Source of the DNA: Vulcanimicrobiota bacterium
GTDB taxonomy: Bacteria; Vulcanimicrobiota; Xenobia; Xenobiales; JADMJV01
Length of the DNA stretch: 64,000 nt
NCBI GenBank assembly: GCA_050250895.1
Contig: JBFWNU010000003.1
Span: forward strand, 554,842-618,841
Direction of reading: 5' to 3'
Shown here: one piece after another, positions 19,301 through 29,824 of the stretch
Position numbering within the stretch: the first letter of the stretch is position 1
Layout of the letters: the number at the start of each line of letters is the position of its first letter
Position numbers and translations under genes: made by a program
The notes under the pieces: generated by a model
What the model saw: the letters and a program-made list of their open reading frames with translations, nothing else
What the model was told of the DNA's origin: nothing
Databases searched by the model: none

Positions 19301-21064
19301 CTAGGAGCCCGTCAGGGCCGCCTTTAGGCGGGCGGCTTCGGCGGTGTCATTGCGGGCTTGGGCCAAGCCCAATAAGCGGGCCAGCACCTGCTTGTCTTGA
19401 GGATAGTGCTCGCGCAGGCGTTCGAGGTGAGCGCGGGCCAGCTCGGCCTTGCCGGCGCCCAATTCTGCGTCGGCCAGATTGGTGAGCAGCTGATAGAGCA
19501 AGCGGAGATCGCCGTCCTGGGTGCGGTCGAAGGTCTCGACGGCCTTGCTGAGGACCGCCTCGGCTTTGGCATACTTGGAAGCAGCCAGATAGACCCGGCC
19601 GAGAGCCGCCTGGCGACGAATCATCTCCGGGTGGTCGGGACCCAGTGCCTGGATGCGGCGGTCGACTAGTTCGCCGTAGTAAAGTTCGGCCTCGGGATAG
19701 CGCCCTGACTCTTCCGCCCGCAATCCGAGCGTGTTGAGTCGCTCGATGACCGAAGGGGCGTTGGCCCCGTGCAGGGTGGCGTCGGCTTCGGCCTGCTGCC
19801 AGTGGATGTAGCGGTCGCCGCTGAGCACGATGCCATTGGGCATCGTGATCTGCAGACGGGCCAGCCGTTCGCCTAGCGAACTCCAGATGCTCTGGGATTG
19901 CTTGTAGAACTGGTCGGCCACCGTGACCTTGCCGAGCTTGCGCAAGAGCAGCGAATACTTGTAGAGAAAGTTGGCGTGCTCGGGGTCGTTGCTGCTGGTC
20001 TGGCGCATCCAGTTCATCTGCAGCCATTGGCCGATATGGGCGGCCTGGTTGAAGTGACCATGGCGAGTGTTGAGGTCCATCAGTTGTTCGAGCAGAGTCA
20101 GCGAGGCCACTCGGCTGACGGGATCGAGTTCTTCGCGATAGTGGAACAGTTGATGGAGGGTGTCGAGATATTCGCCCCACAGCGTCTTCAGCAGGGCTTT
20201 CCAGGCCTGGTTGCGGACGATCTTCATGCCCGTGAGGTCGGTGGTCAGGGCAGGGTCACACACGATGGCGCGGCAGCCTTTCCACTTGATGGGGACCGCG
20301 TGGGTCAGGCCGTGGCGCACCACCACGATCTCGGAGTGGCGAGGAGCGCCCACCGTCATCACCGCCGAGAAGGGTCCGGGGGACGGTTTGACCAGCGACT
20401 GGCCCTGCCCGGGCGACTGGGCAATCAGGGGCAGGTCGGGATTGTGCAGATGGCGCCAGGCCAACCCGTCGGTTAGCCGGATGGGGCCGCTCAGGCACCG
20501 CCCGTCGAGTTCGATGGGTATCGGGGCGTAATGGCAGTGTTTGGCTAGCAGATCCCGCTCGGGAGCCTCGACGGAGCGGGCGAAGAAGCCTTTCTTGCGT
20601 CGCTCGAGCCGAATCACCGTGGGACCCTGGCCTGCGTGTTTAGCGGTCGAGGGAGTCTCGGGCAGGAAGTCGACTCGAAGCCCGGCCTGTTCGAGCACCA
20701 GGGTCTCGAGCTCGAGGCTCCGGGCGGCATTGACGGCCAGGGCCAGGTGGCGCGCCTGCTCGTTGCGGTCATCGAGCAAATAGCTGTAGAGGCGGAGGAG
20801 TTCGTCCTCTTCCAGGCGTCGCGTGTCGGCCTCGAAAGTCAGGCTACGCTCGTGTTGGTTGATGCGAACATAGGTGGCGCCACCCGCCACCAACGAAGCC
20901 ACCAGCGGTAGAATGTACTGCTCGGGTTTCTCAAGGCGATAGCGAGCCAGCATCTCGCGGGCCCGCTCGGGATTGAAGGTAAACGAACCACTTGACTCGA
21001 CCGCACCGCCAGTTCGGTACTCGTCGAGTAGCGACTCGAGATAACTCTCGGCTGGGGCATGCAC
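19301..21064 (-). CDS. Hypothetical protein with degenerate GHKL/Hsp90-like N-terminus and C-terminal TPRs
   Basis: GSFTFNPERAREML N-terminus; GRYPEAE, LGPDHP and LGRVY TPR motifs. Confidence 0.7.
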   Translation of the reverse strand: MHAPAESYLESLLDEYRTGGAVESSGSFTFNPERAREMLARYRLEKPEQYILPLVASLVAGGATYVRINQHERSLTFEADTRRLEEDELLRLYSYLLDDRNEQARHLALAVNAARSLELETLVLEQAGLRVDFLPETPSTAKHAGQGPTVIRLERRKKGFFARSVEAPERDLLAKHCHYAPIPIELDGRCLSGPIRLTDGLAWRHLHNPDLPLIAQSPGQGQSLVKPSPGPFSAVMTVGAPRHSEIVVVRHGLTHAVPIKWKGCRAIVCDPALTTDLTGMKIVRNQAWKALLKTLWGEYLDTLHQLFHYREELDPVSRVASLTLLEQLMDLNTRHGHFNQAAHIGQWLQMNWMRQTSSNDPEHANFLYKYSLLLRKLGKVTVADQFYKQSQSIWSSLGERLARLQITMPNGIVLSGDRYIHWQQAEADATLHGANAPSVIERLNTLGLRAEESGRYPEAELYYGELVDRRIQALGPDHPEMIRRQAALGRVYLAASKYAKAEAVLSKAVETFDRTQDGDLRLLYQLLTNLADAELGAGKAELARAHLERLREHYPQDKQVLARLLGLAQARNDTAEAARLKAALTGS

Positions 21065-21080
21065 ATCCCACTACTTCCAG

Positions 21081-22142
21081 ATGTTCGGGCTCTCTTCCCG
21101 GTTGTTCGGGAGGAACGCTGCAAGCCCCGGCAAAGCGGCTGGCGTGGCGGCCCGCGACACCATACCCGGTCAGCTCGACCTTTTCGGGGACGAAGAAGAG
21201 CCGGCTCCCGAGCCGACCGGGGTTACGGCCCATCCGGCCACCGCCGACCTGGTCGAGTTGGGGCGACGCCTACCCGACCATCTTTACCTCGGCACTTCCT
21301 CTTGGAACTTTCCCGGCTGGAAGGGTCTGGTCTATGGCGCCAATTCTCCTGATAAGCACCTTTCCGCCGAGGGTTTGCCGGCCTATTCACGTCATCCGCT
21401 CTTGGGCACGGTGGGCCTCGACCGCACCTACTACGGCCCCCTCGAGGCCGGCCAGTTTCGCCATCTGGCCCTGAACCTACCCGAGCGTTTTCGCTTGCTG
21501 GTGAAGGCGCATGAGGACTGCAGCCTGGCGCGCTTTCCCAAGCACAAGCGCTACGGCCGCCGAGCCGGCGAGAAGAACCCGCTTTTTCTTGACCCGGTCT
21601 ATGCTCGCGAGATGGTGGTCGAACCCGCCCTCGAGGGCCTGGGTCCGCATCTAGGGCCGATTCTCTTTCAGTTTCCCCCGCAGAACATCGCCGAGTTCGG
21701 CGGGCCGGTCGGCTTTGCCCAGCAACTCTATTCCTTCCTCGAAGCTCTGCCCGACGGGGTGCTCTATGCGATCGAACTGCGCAATCCCGAGCTGTTGACC
21801 CCGACCTATGCGGCCGTGTTGGATCGGCTCGAGGCCAACCACTGCTTCAACGTCCACCCTACTATGCCCGATCTGGCCCGCCAGCGGGCGGTGGTGGGGG
21901 AGGGTCCCGCCCTGGTGGTGCGCTGGATGCTGGGCCAACAGCAAGCTTACGGAACGGCCCAGAGCCGCTACGCTCCTTTCAACCGGGTGGTCGACCCCGA
22001 TCCGACCAGCCTGGAAAGCATCGCCGGCTTGTGCCGCGAGGCCATCGAGACAGGTCGGCCCGCCTACGTCGTCGCCAACAACAAGGCCGAGGGCTGCGCC
22101 CCCCTCAGCCTCGAGCGACTGGCCCGGGCTCTGGCCAGATAA
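21081..22142 (+). CDS. DUF72 domain protein
   Basis: LGTSSWNFPGW, DRTYY, GPILFQFPP, YAIELRN, NNKAEG. Confidence 0.9.
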   Translation: MFGLSSRLFGRNAASPGKAAGVAARDTIPGQLDLFGDEEEPAPEPTGVTAHPATADLVELGRRLPDHLYLGTSSWNFPGWKGLVYGANSPDKHLSAEGLPAYSRHPLLGTVGLDRTYYGPLEAGQFRHLALNLPERFRLLVKAHEDCSLARFPKHKRYGRRAGEKNPLFLDPVYAREMVVEPALEGLGPHLGPILFQFPPQNIAEFGGPVGFAQQLYSFLEALPDGVLYAIELRNPELLTPTYAAVLDRLEANHCFNVHPTMPDLARQRAVVGEGPALVVRWMLGQQQAYGTAQSRYAPFNRVVDPDPTSLESIAGLCREAIETGRPAYVVANNKAEGCAPLSLERLARALAR

Positions 22143-22148
22143 GCATAC

Positions 22149-22170
22149 TTTCAGGCCGGGCGGCTAGGTT
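22149..22170 (+). promoter_or_regulatory. Promoter motif TTTCAGGC-N8-TAnnnT upstream of the P450 gene
   Basis: Same motif and spacing at 30065-30086 (+) and 58606-58627 (-). Confidence 0.5.
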
Positions 22171-22181
22171 GGTCAAAAAGC

Positions 22182-23906
22182 ATGATCAACCATCTCACTC
22201 ACTCAGGCGGTTGCCCGTTTCGGCGCGACCGCGTTAACCCTGGCACGCTGGCCGAGACCGCCGAGCAAGCCGACTTGCAGGCCCGTCATGAAACGCGAGG
22301 CCTTGACTTCTGGCGGACAAAGTGGAAGCCACTGTCGCCCAACGAGGCCATCGAGATGGCCGCCCGTTATCGCCACTTCGAGGCTCGCGACGGCCAGGGC
22401 AACTGGTCACCCATTCGCTCCTTCGAAGAGCTACAGGGGTTGATCACCTCGCTCGAGCAGCAGGCCGCGTCGCTCGAGTCGCTGGGGCAGACGGGCCAGG
22501 CCACCGCCGAACGTGCGGCCGGACTGGTCCGCGAACCTCAGGAGCCTGCGGTGGGACTGCTCGACTTTGCTCGCGGAATGTTGGCTCATCGCGACAGTCC
22601 GGTGGGCTTTCTGCAAGAGTTCCATGCCCGCTACGGCAACCGCTTCAAAGTGAACACTCCCACCCACGGCAACTTCGTGTTTGACCTGGATTCAGAAGTC
22701 TTGAAGGAGGCCCTGCGCAACACCGACGGCGGAGAGGATAGCTGGGAGAAGTGCCCGCTCCAGGGCCACGGAGCCGCCTTCTTGCTGGGCAAGAAGAACA
22801 TGTTTCTCAGCAGCGGCGAAGACTGGGCCGGCGTCCAGGGCGCCCTCAAGAGCCACTTTTCGGCTCGCACCATCCACGGTCCCGAAACCACCGCTCTGCT
22901 CGAGTCCATCTTCGACGATCATCTCGACGACCTGGCTGCCCGGGTCTCGGCGGCGGATGGGCAACTCGAGATCGACCCCCGCCTCGAGATGCAGTTGCCC
23001 ATCCTCGACGTGGCCTTACAGCTGTTTCTTGATACCAAGCTGAGCAAGGCCGAACTGGTCGAGCTGCGTGAGGCCTTTAACACCCAGATGAAGTCGCTTC
23101 CCATCGAGACGGTCAACCCCTTTCCCGTCAGCCTCCAGCATCTTCCCGGCCAGGGCGAGCTCAAGCAGGCCCATCAGGTTCTCAACCGCGTGGCCGACCA
23201 GATCGTCGCCCGGGCCAAGCAAGAACGCAAGCCCGACTCGATCGTCACTAGCCTGCTCGAGGTCAACGACCCTGCCACCAGCCAACCGCTTAGCGATGAG
23301 CGCCTGCGCCACGAGGTGCTGTCACTGATGGAGGCCGGCCATGAGACCACCGCCACTTTGCTGGGCTGGACCATGACCCTGCTCGCGCGCGAGCCCGGGG
23401 TCTATGCCCACCTCACGCAAGAGGTCTCGCAGGGCTTTGACGACGACGGCGTGATGAGCCTCAAGGAGGTGCGCGGCCTCGACTATGCCGGGCAGGTAGT
23501 GGACGAGTCGCTGCGCATGTATCCGCCTTTCTATCTGTTCATGCGCCGGGCCAAAGAGGACACGGTGGCCGGGGGAGTCGATTTCAAGCAGGGCACGACC
23601 CTGGTCTCGACCCTTTACAGCGCCAACCGCCGTGAGGACGAATGGGGAGTCGAGAAGACCGGCTTTCCGGCTCATGAATTCCACCCCGAACGCTTCGGGC
23701 AGGGCGGCGCCAGGCCGTCGATGGCTTTCGGCACTGGCCGGCGCCAATGCCTGGGCCAGGCTCTGGGTCGCCTCGAGGCTGGCATGATGCTGGCCAAGTT
23801 TGCCGAGCGTTTCGAATTGGCCAGCGAACACGAACCCATCAAGCTACTTTCGGACCTTTCCATCCACCCCGAGAACGGCCAGGTGCGCGTCAGTCTGCGC
23901 GCCTGA
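22182..23906 (+). CDS. Cytochrome P450 with about 120-aa N-terminal extension
   Basis: AGHETT, ESLR, PERF and heme ligand FGTGRRQCLG. Confidence 0.93.
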   Translation: MINHLTHSGGCPFRRDRVNPGTLAETAEQADLQARHETRGLDFWRTKWKPLSPNEAIEMAARYRHFEARDGQGNWSPIRSFEELQGLITSLEQQAASLESLGQTGQATAERAAGLVREPQEPAVGLLDFARGMLAHRDSPVGFLQEFHARYGNRFKVNTPTHGNFVFDLDSEVLKEALRNTDGGEDSWEKCPLQGHGAAFLLGKKNMFLSSGEDWAGVQGALKSHFSARTIHGPETTALLESIFDDHLDDLAARVSAADGQLEIDPRLEMQLPILDVALQLFLDTKLSKAELVELREAFNTQMKSLPIETVNPFPVSLQHLPGQGELKQAHQVLNRVADQIVARAKQERKPDSIVTSLLEVNDPATSQPLSDERLRHEVLSLMEAGHETTATLLGWTMTLLAREPGVYAHLTQEVSQGFDDDGVMSLKEVRGLDYAGQVVDESLRMYPPFYLFMRRAKEDTVAGGVDFKQGTTLVSTLYSANRREDEWGVEKTGFPAHEFHPERFGQGGARPSMAFGTGRRQCLGQALGRLEAGMMLAKFAERFELASEHEPIKLLSDLSIHPENGQVRVSLRA

Positions 23907-23939
23907 GGGAATGGGCCCGCCGAGGGCGAAACGGGGGCA

Positions 23940-24278
23940 ATGCGTTACCTGGTCATGCTAGTCACTCTCACTTGTTGGCTGGTCGCCTGTGGCTCCAAGC
24001 CGACCCCCCAGGTGCCGGCCCCGCCCATCCAGGGCCCAGGGGCGACCACCGTCGAGGTCAACCAGGCTGGCCAGCGAGTGGTCAAGATGACCTTTCGAGA
24101 GGAAGAATATCAGGCCTGGCGGCGCGAGCTCGGGGACGAGGCATTCACCAAAGAAGGCTGGACGGCCACCCAGGTGCGCGGCGGGGGCTGGACGGTCGAA
24201 CGGGTTCTGCCCGATTCCGACGAGACGCGATCTGACCCGAGCACCCCTGCCGAAGCCGAGAGCCCCAAAACGCCTTGA
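23940..24278 (+). CDS. Small lipoprotein
   Basis: Lipobox LVAC; stop overlaps the next start. Confidence 0.65.
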   Translation: MRYLVMLVTLTCWLVACGSKPTPQVPAPPIQGPGATTVEVNQAGQRVVKMTFREEEYQAWRRELGDEAFTKEGWTATQVRGGGWTVERVLPDSDETRSDPSTPAEAESPKTP

Positions 24279-26641
24279 CCCGCTACATCTACGGCCTGCA
24301 AGAACTCGATGCGTCGATGGTCGAGCTGGTGGGCGGCAAGGCGGCCAATCTGGGCGAACTTCTCAAGCTGCCCAGCGTTCGGGTGCCCGACGGCTTCTGC
24401 GTCTCGACCGAGGCGTTCGAGGCCGTGGCGGGGTCAGCCCTCCCGGCCGCCTCCTTTCCCCCAGACCTGGCCGAGCAGATCCTCTCTAGACTGAGCCCGG
24501 GGCAAGCCTATGCGGTGCGCTCGAGCGCCACCGCCGAAGACCTCCCCACCGCCTCCTTTGCCGGTTTGCACGATAGCTTTCTCGACCTGGGCCGTGAGGC
24601 GGTCCTCGAGCACATCAGCAAGTGCTGGGCTTCGCTGTTTTCCCCACGGGCGGTGGCCTATCGAAGCCAGCACGGCTTCGACCATGGGCCGGTTCGCCTG
24701 GCCGTCATTGTCCAGCAGATGGTGGCCGCCCGGTCGGCCGGAGTGATGTTCACTGCCGACCCCGTTAGCGGCGACCGCCGGGTAGTCTCCATCGAGGCCG
24801 GGGCCGGTCTGGGCGAGGCGCTGGTCTCGGGACTGGTCACCCCGGACCGCTACCGGCTGCGCGACGGTCAGGTCATCGAGCGGCAAGGCGAGCTGTTATC
24901 GGCTGACCAGCTCCTGCAGCTCGAAGGCATCGGTCGGGCCATCGAAACCCACTTTGGATGTCCTCAGGACATCGAGTGGTGCCTTGATGAGGACGGCTTC
25001 TGGGTGGTCCAGAGCCGGCCCATCACCACGCTTTTTCCGGTGCCCGAACGAGACGACCAGGACTACCACGTCTATCTCTCGGTGGGTCATCAACAGATGA
25101 TGACGGCGCCTTTTCGACCGCTGGGGCTCTCGGTCTGGCAGATGCTGGCCGCGCGCCCGATGTACGCGGCCGGAGGGCGGCTTTTCGTCGACGTGACCCA
25201 GGCTCTGGCGTCGGCCGGCCGGTTTGCCCTGCTCGACGCGATGGGCCAGCACGACCCGCTCATCAAGACCGCCCTCGAGTGGCTCATCGAGCGCGACTTC
25301 GAGCCCCTCGAACCGGCCCCCCGGGGCGAGGCTCCACCAACCCCGCCCGACCCCGACCCGGCCGAGGCTGGCGAGTTGATCGAGCACATCCAGGCCGGTG
25401 TGCAAGAGCTGGCCGAGAGCATCCAATCCAGGTCGGGGCCAGAACTGTTCGACTTCATCCGCCAGGACATCCAGCAGCTCTTGCAGCGTCGCCTGGCCTC
25501 GCGCGGCCTTGTCCTCATCATGGCTGCCATCGAAGCCTCTCGTTGGCTCAACGAGAAGATGGACCAGTGGCTGGGCGAGAAGAACGCTGCCGACCTCCTT
25601 TCCCAGTCGGTGCCCCACAACGTCACCTCCGAGATGGGTCTGGCCCTGCTCGATGTGGCCGATGCTGTAAGACCTCACCCCGAGGCGATTGCGGCCCTCG
25701 AGCAAGCCGGCGACGACTTTCTAGAAGACCTGGCCGAGCCCGAGCCTCGCCAGGCCGCCCGGGAGTTTCTTGACCGCTTCGGCATGCGCTGCGGAGGAGA
25801 GATCGACCTCACCAACCCGCGCTGGAGCGAAGAGCCCTCCAGACTGGCGCCCCTGATTCTCGCCAATGTCAAGAACTTCGAGCCAGGCGAGAGCAAGCGG
25901 CGCTTTGACCAGGGCCTGGCTCAGGCCAGGCGTCAAGAACATGCGTTGCTCGAACGGCTGAGAGTGCTACCGGACGGTGAGGCCAAAGTCGGCGAGACGC
26001 GGCGAAGGATCGGCCTGCTCAGGAGCTTCCTCGGCTATCGCGAGTATCCCAAATACGCCATCGTGAGTTGCCTGTTCCTCTACAAGCAGGCGCTGATGAA
26101 AGAGATCGACGAGCTGGTCCGCGAAGGCGTGCTGAGCCAGTCTGAGGATGCCTTCTTTCTCACCTTCGACGAACTGGATCAGGTGGTGCGCAGCCGTTGC
26201 TGCGAGACCGACATCGACCGGCGCAAAGACGAGTTCAGGCGCTTCGAGAAGCTGACCCCGCCGCGCGTGCTCACCTCGAATGGCGAGATGGTGACAGGCT
26301 CCTACAACCACCAGAACCTGCTCTCCGGGGCCCTGGTCGGACTGGCTGTTTCGGCCGGTGTAGTCGAGGGTCGGGCCCGGGTTCTGGCTCGCCTGGACGA
26401 GGCCGAGCTCGGCCCTGAGGACATCCTGGTGACGGCCTTTACCGACCCCAGTTGGACTCCGCTGTTCGTCTCGCTCAAAGGGTTGGTAACCGAGGTCGGA
26501 GGGTTGATGACCCACGGGGCCGTCATCGCCCGGGAGTATGGCTTGCCAGCGGTGGTGGGAGTGGTCGATGCCACCCGGCAAATCCAGGATGGACAACGTA
26601 TTCGTGTGCATGGCACCCTGGGCTATGTCGAGTTGCTCTAA
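24275..26641 (+). CDS. rph: Rifamycin-inactivating phosphotransferase (PEP synthase-like)
   Basis: GGKAANLGEL, AVRSSATAED, VYLSVGHQQMMT, GYREYPKY, MTHGAVIAREYG; C-terminal phospho-His domain. Confidence 0.88.
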   Translation: MTRYIYGLQELDASMVELVGGKAANLGELLKLPSVRVPDGFCVSTEAFEAVAGSALPAASFPPDLAEQILSRLSPGQAYAVRSSATAEDLPTASFAGLHDSFLDLGREAVLEHISKCWASLFSPRAVAYRSQHGFDHGPVRLAVIVQQMVAARSAGVMFTADPVSGDRRVVSIEAGAGLGEALVSGLVTPDRYRLRDGQVIERQGELLSADQLLQLEGIGRAIETHFGCPQDIEWCLDEDGFWVVQSRPITTLFPVPERDDQDYHVYLSVGHQQMMTAPFRPLGLSVWQMLAARPMYAAGGRLFVDVTQALASAGRFALLDAMGQHDPLIKTALEWLIERDFEPLEPAPRGEAPPTPPDPDPAEAGELIEHIQAGVQELAESIQSRSGPELFDFIRQDIQQLLQRRLASRGLVLIMAAIEASRWLNEKMDQWLGEKNAADLLSQSVPHNVTSEMGLALLDVADAVRPHPEAIAALEQAGDDFLEDLAEPEPRQAAREFLDRFGMRCGGEIDLTNPRWSEEPSRLAPLILANVKNFEPGESKRRFDQGLAQARRQEHALLERLRVLPDGEAKVGETRRRIGLLRSFLGYREYPKYAIVSCLFLYKQALMKEIDELVREGVLSQSEDAFFLTFDELDQVVRSRCCETDIDRRKDEFRRFEKLTPPRVLTSNGEMVTGSYNHQNLLSGALVGLAVSAGVVEGRARVLARLDEAELGPEDILVTAFTDPSWTPLFVSLKGLVTEVGGLMTHGAVIAREYGLPAVVGVVDATRQIQDGQRIRVHGTLGYVELL

Positions 26642-26657
26642 GCCGATGCTCAAAGTA

Positions 26658-26684
26658 AATGACCCGCGAGATTCGCGGGTCATT
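26658..26684. other. Perfect hairpin after rph (possible terminator or operator)
   Basis: AATGACCCGCGA-GAT-TCGCGGGTCATT; no clear U-tract. Confidence 0.4.
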
Positions 26685-27000
26685 GAGGTCCGTATGGTCA
26701 TCTATGAGTGCCGCAAGAGTCCACGCCAATTTCCTCTTGCGACTGGACACGACTTCGATTGTGCAGGAGGGTCGTCGTCGTGTCCGCTGTATGTGCCCTT
26801 AGCTTACCCCGCGCAAGTCGGACAGAGCGTGGAACGGGCCAGGGATTGTTGATTTACTGTTGCAGGCGTGTTAACAGCTTTCTCGGGTCGGGACGGTCGC
26901 AAACGGAGGCTGGCCAGTCGGAGCCCCGCCAAAGCGCGATGTCACCCGCGAGCACGAAGAAGCTCGCCATCCGGGCTAAGCCAGTGGGGCTTGGGTGGGG

Positions 27001-27648
27001 ATGACCCTCGAGCAGATAGCCGCGAAGATCGCCGCTGGCGAGTGGGATGGGTTAGCCGAGTTGCTTCGTCCGCACGCGGCCGCCGACGACCTGGAAGCCC
27101 AGTACTTGCTCGGAAGCCTGCTACTGACGGACTGTTCCGCGTCGAATCTCGAGCTGTTGGGCTGGCTGGACCGGGCCGTTTCCAAGGGGCACGCGGGAGC
27201 ACTCTATCTGAAATCGATGCTGGGGGAGGTCAGTGAGGATTCGTTGTGCACCGGCGGGCCCCAGACCGACGAGCAACGAGAGCTGCTGCAAAGAGCGGCT
27301 CAACTGGGTTGGGCTGATGCCCAGAGAGACCTCGGCTGCCTGCTCGCGACGGGAGAGGGCGGGTTCGCCCAGGACGGTGAACGAGGCCGCTACTGGTATC
27401 AGCAGGCGGCCGAGCAAGGCCACTCTGATGCTCAATACAATCTGGCCATCATGCTTCTGGCTGGCGAAGGGGGTCCCCCCGACCCGGTGGAGGGGATGCG
27501 GTGGCTTGGCCTCGCTGCCCGCGCGCCCGATGGTGGCTACTTTGCGGGGGTCGCCGCCGACATCCTGAGTGCGGGGGCCTTCGGCGTAAGGCCAGACCCG
27601 CAGCGGGCGGCCTTCTATCGTCAGCTTGAGAGCAACTCTCACCGCTAG
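27001..27648 (+). CDS. Sel1-like repeat protein
   Basis: AQYLLG, AQRDLG and AAEQGHSDAQYNLA. Confidence 0.8.
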   Translation: MTLEQIAAKIAAGEWDGLAELLRPHAAADDLEAQYLLGSLLLTDCSASNLELLGWLDRAVSKGHAGALYLKSMLGEVSEDSLCTGGPQTDEQRELLQRAAQLGWADAQRDLGCLLATGEGGFAQDGERGRYWYQQAAEQGHSDAQYNLAIMLLAGEGGPPDPVEGMRWLGLAARAPDGGYFAGVAADILSAGAFGVRPDPQRAAFYRQLESNSHR

Positions 27649-27699
27649 GGTTGCCCGGCGCGGCGCTCACTGGAGGTCCGGTCTGGACGGCCGGGGAAT

Positions 27700-28314
27700 T
27701 TGAGTTGGATGAGGACCGTCGGGATCAGAAGGCCGGGAGACGGCTGGTTTTACATCCTGCGCGATCGCTTCTACTTCGTTTGGCTGTCGACCCTGGTCTT
27801 TTGCCTTATCGCCGGCATCTTCCGCTGGGAGGATCTATTCTATCTGGGGTTCGTGCTCTTCCTCGCGCTTTGTCCCGTCGGACTGAGCCTGGCTGTTCTC
27901 TACCTCTATCGCAACGTGACCTGTGAGTATTGGGCCTATGACCTGGAACTGGGGCAGGTCTTGCGCGTGGCGAATTGGCCCGCTCGCTATCGGCTGGTGG
28001 CTCGCGTGGATGAGCTGACCGAAGTGGTGGTGGCCGCCGAGGAGACAGCGGCCGTCTGGGTGGCCGATGGCTCAAATCGCAGCGCCGAGCAGGTGGTCTA
28101 CCTGCTGCGGGGCTTGCTGCCGCCACTGGCTGTGTCGCGCACAAAGTTCTCGGAGCGCCTGCTCGTCGGGCCGGACGGCCGGGCGACTTTTCTCGCCTAT
28201 GACTACAATTGGGCCTGGCTGCGGGCGGCGATGGGGCTGGGAGTCTCCTTTAGCTGGCCGGCCCTGTTGTTGGGCGGGTTGACGTTGCCCGGCTTTTTGA
28301 TGGTGGGTTACTGA
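27700..28314 (+). CDS. Hypothetical membrane protein
   Basis: ORF with 3-4 hydrophobic segments. Confidence 0.5.
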   Translation: MSWMRTVGIRRPGDGWFYILRDRFYFVWLSTLVFCLIAGIFRWEDLFYLGFVLFLALCPVGLSLAVLYLYRNVTCEYWAYDLELGQVLRVANWPARYRLVARVDELTEVVVAAEETAAVWVADGSNRSAEQVVYLLRGLLPPLAVSRTKFSERLLVGPDGRATFLAYDYNWAWLRAAMGLGVSFSWPALLLGGLTLPGFLMVGY

Positions 28315-28567
28315 GACCGTCTTCCAGCTGGAAGTACCCTCGTCCTCGCCCGTTGCGAGAAAATGTTGTGGTATCCTAATATTTGCGCACCGAGAGATTG
28401 TTCCGGTTGGAGTCCAACCTCAAAACATCGCTTCTAAAGTCCCCAGAGACCCTGTCCGGTATCCTGGCGCCAGAATGCTTCGCAGAACGGATTTTGGCGC
28501 CGCAAGGCCTTCTCGCGGCCACCTGCGAGTCGCCTCGAAAAACCCGTAATCAAGCCGTTTTCTTGCG

Positions 28568-28596
28568 TTGATCGGGATGGCGATCTTGAGTAAAAT
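28568..28596 (+). promoter_or_regulatory. Sigma70-type promoter of the HNH gene
   Basis: TTGATC-N17-TAAAAT, followed by SD GGAGG and ATG at 28637. Confidence 0.6.
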
Positions 28597-28636
28597 AGGA
28601 GTATCCCTTGATTCTTCTTCTAACCGGAGGTCGGCT

Positions 28637-29824
28637 ATGTCTTCAACGCTAACTGGGCTTTCCCAAACACTGCAACAACTCTCTCACCAGGAACTGCACC
28701 GGCGAAACCAACAGGCTAGCCAGCGCTCCTTTGGCTGCGAGTGGGAGCTGGCCGCCCACCTTCTAGCTACCGAGCGCAGCGGTCTCTACCGTCACATGGG
28801 TAGTGGAAGCGTGGTTGGCTACGCCATCAATCATCTCAATCTGCATCCCCAGAAGGCCGGTGAACTGCTTAGCCTGGCCAGGGTCTTCGAGCAACTGCCT
28901 CTGATATCAGAGGCCTTTCGCGAGGGGAGACTTTGCTGGAGCAAGGCCCGTGCTCTCAAGCGCATCACCACTCCCGAGAACGAGGCTGAAATGCTCGAAT
29001 TTGCTTTGAAGAACAAGGCCCAGGCAGTCGAGCGCGCCGTCGCTCTGACTCCCGCCCAGCATAAGCGTGGCCAGGCTTTGAAAGCCTCCCTCGAAGCACG
29101 TCAGAGTCAGCCCGCGCTGACCTTCGCTGAACAACGCACCGAGGCAGTTCACAAGCCAGCGCCGCCCCCCGGGCCAGAGGCTCCGAAGTTGAGACAGGTC
29201 GTCCTGCTGATGACCTCCGAGCAATACGCCATCTATGAGCAAGCCAAGAGAATGGTCGAGGCCCGCCAGGGCAAGCGCGTCAGCAAAGAAACGGCTGTGA
29301 CCGAGATGAGCCGAGCCCTTCTCGCCTCGGCAGACAACCGCAGCAAAGTGCGACATCAGGTCATTGTTCACGTGAACGGTGAGACCGGCCAGGGCTTCTA
29401 TGATACCGATCGAGGACTGTTGCCAGCCGAGCCTGCGGCCGTTGACGAGGCGATGAAGCAAACCGGCATCGTGGTGTCCGGGGCCCCCAGCGTACTTCCA
29501 GCTGGAAGTACTCAGGCCGAACAGTTGCCGTTGCTGCCGAGTCGCTCCCAAGGCCGTACGGGCATTCCGGTGGGTTTGGTGCGAGCGGTCTACGCCCGCG
29601 CTTTCGGCCGCTGTGAGCGATGCTCGTGCACAGGCGGCAATCTGGTAATTCATCACGTCCGTGCCTGGTCCGATACCAGGCGGCATCGGCTGGAAGATCT
29701 GGAACTGCTGTGCCCGGGTTGCCACGCCAACGAGCACGTCAAAGACTATGAAAGTCGGCCCGAGTGGCAGGCAGCGCGAGACGCGGGGGTGCAGCGCCGG
29801 CGCATCAGGTCGCGCTCGGGGTGA
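28637..29824 (+). CDS. HNH endonuclease with DUF222-like helical N-terminus
   Basis: C-terminal RCERC...IHHV...LLCPGCHANEH; N-terminal LPLISEAFREGRLCWSKARAL. Confidence 0.85.
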   Translation: MSSTLTGLSQTLQQLSHQELHRRNQQASQRSFGCEWELAAHLLATERSGLYRHMGSGSVVGYAINHLNLHPQKAGELLSLARVFEQLPLISEAFREGRLCWSKARALKRITTPENEAEMLEFALKNKAQAVERAVALTPAQHKRGQALKASLEARQSQPALTFAEQRTEAVHKPAPPPGPEAPKLRQVVLLMTSEQYAIYEQAKRMVEARQGKRVSKETAVTEMSRALLASADNRSKVRHQVIVHVNGETGQGFYDTDRGLLPAEPAAVDEAMKQTGIVVSGAPSVLPAGSTQAEQLPLLPSRSQGRTGIPVGLVRAVYARAFGRCERCSCTGGNLVIHHVRAWSDTRRHRLEDLELLCPGCHANEHVKDYESRPEWQAARDAGVQRRRIRSRSG

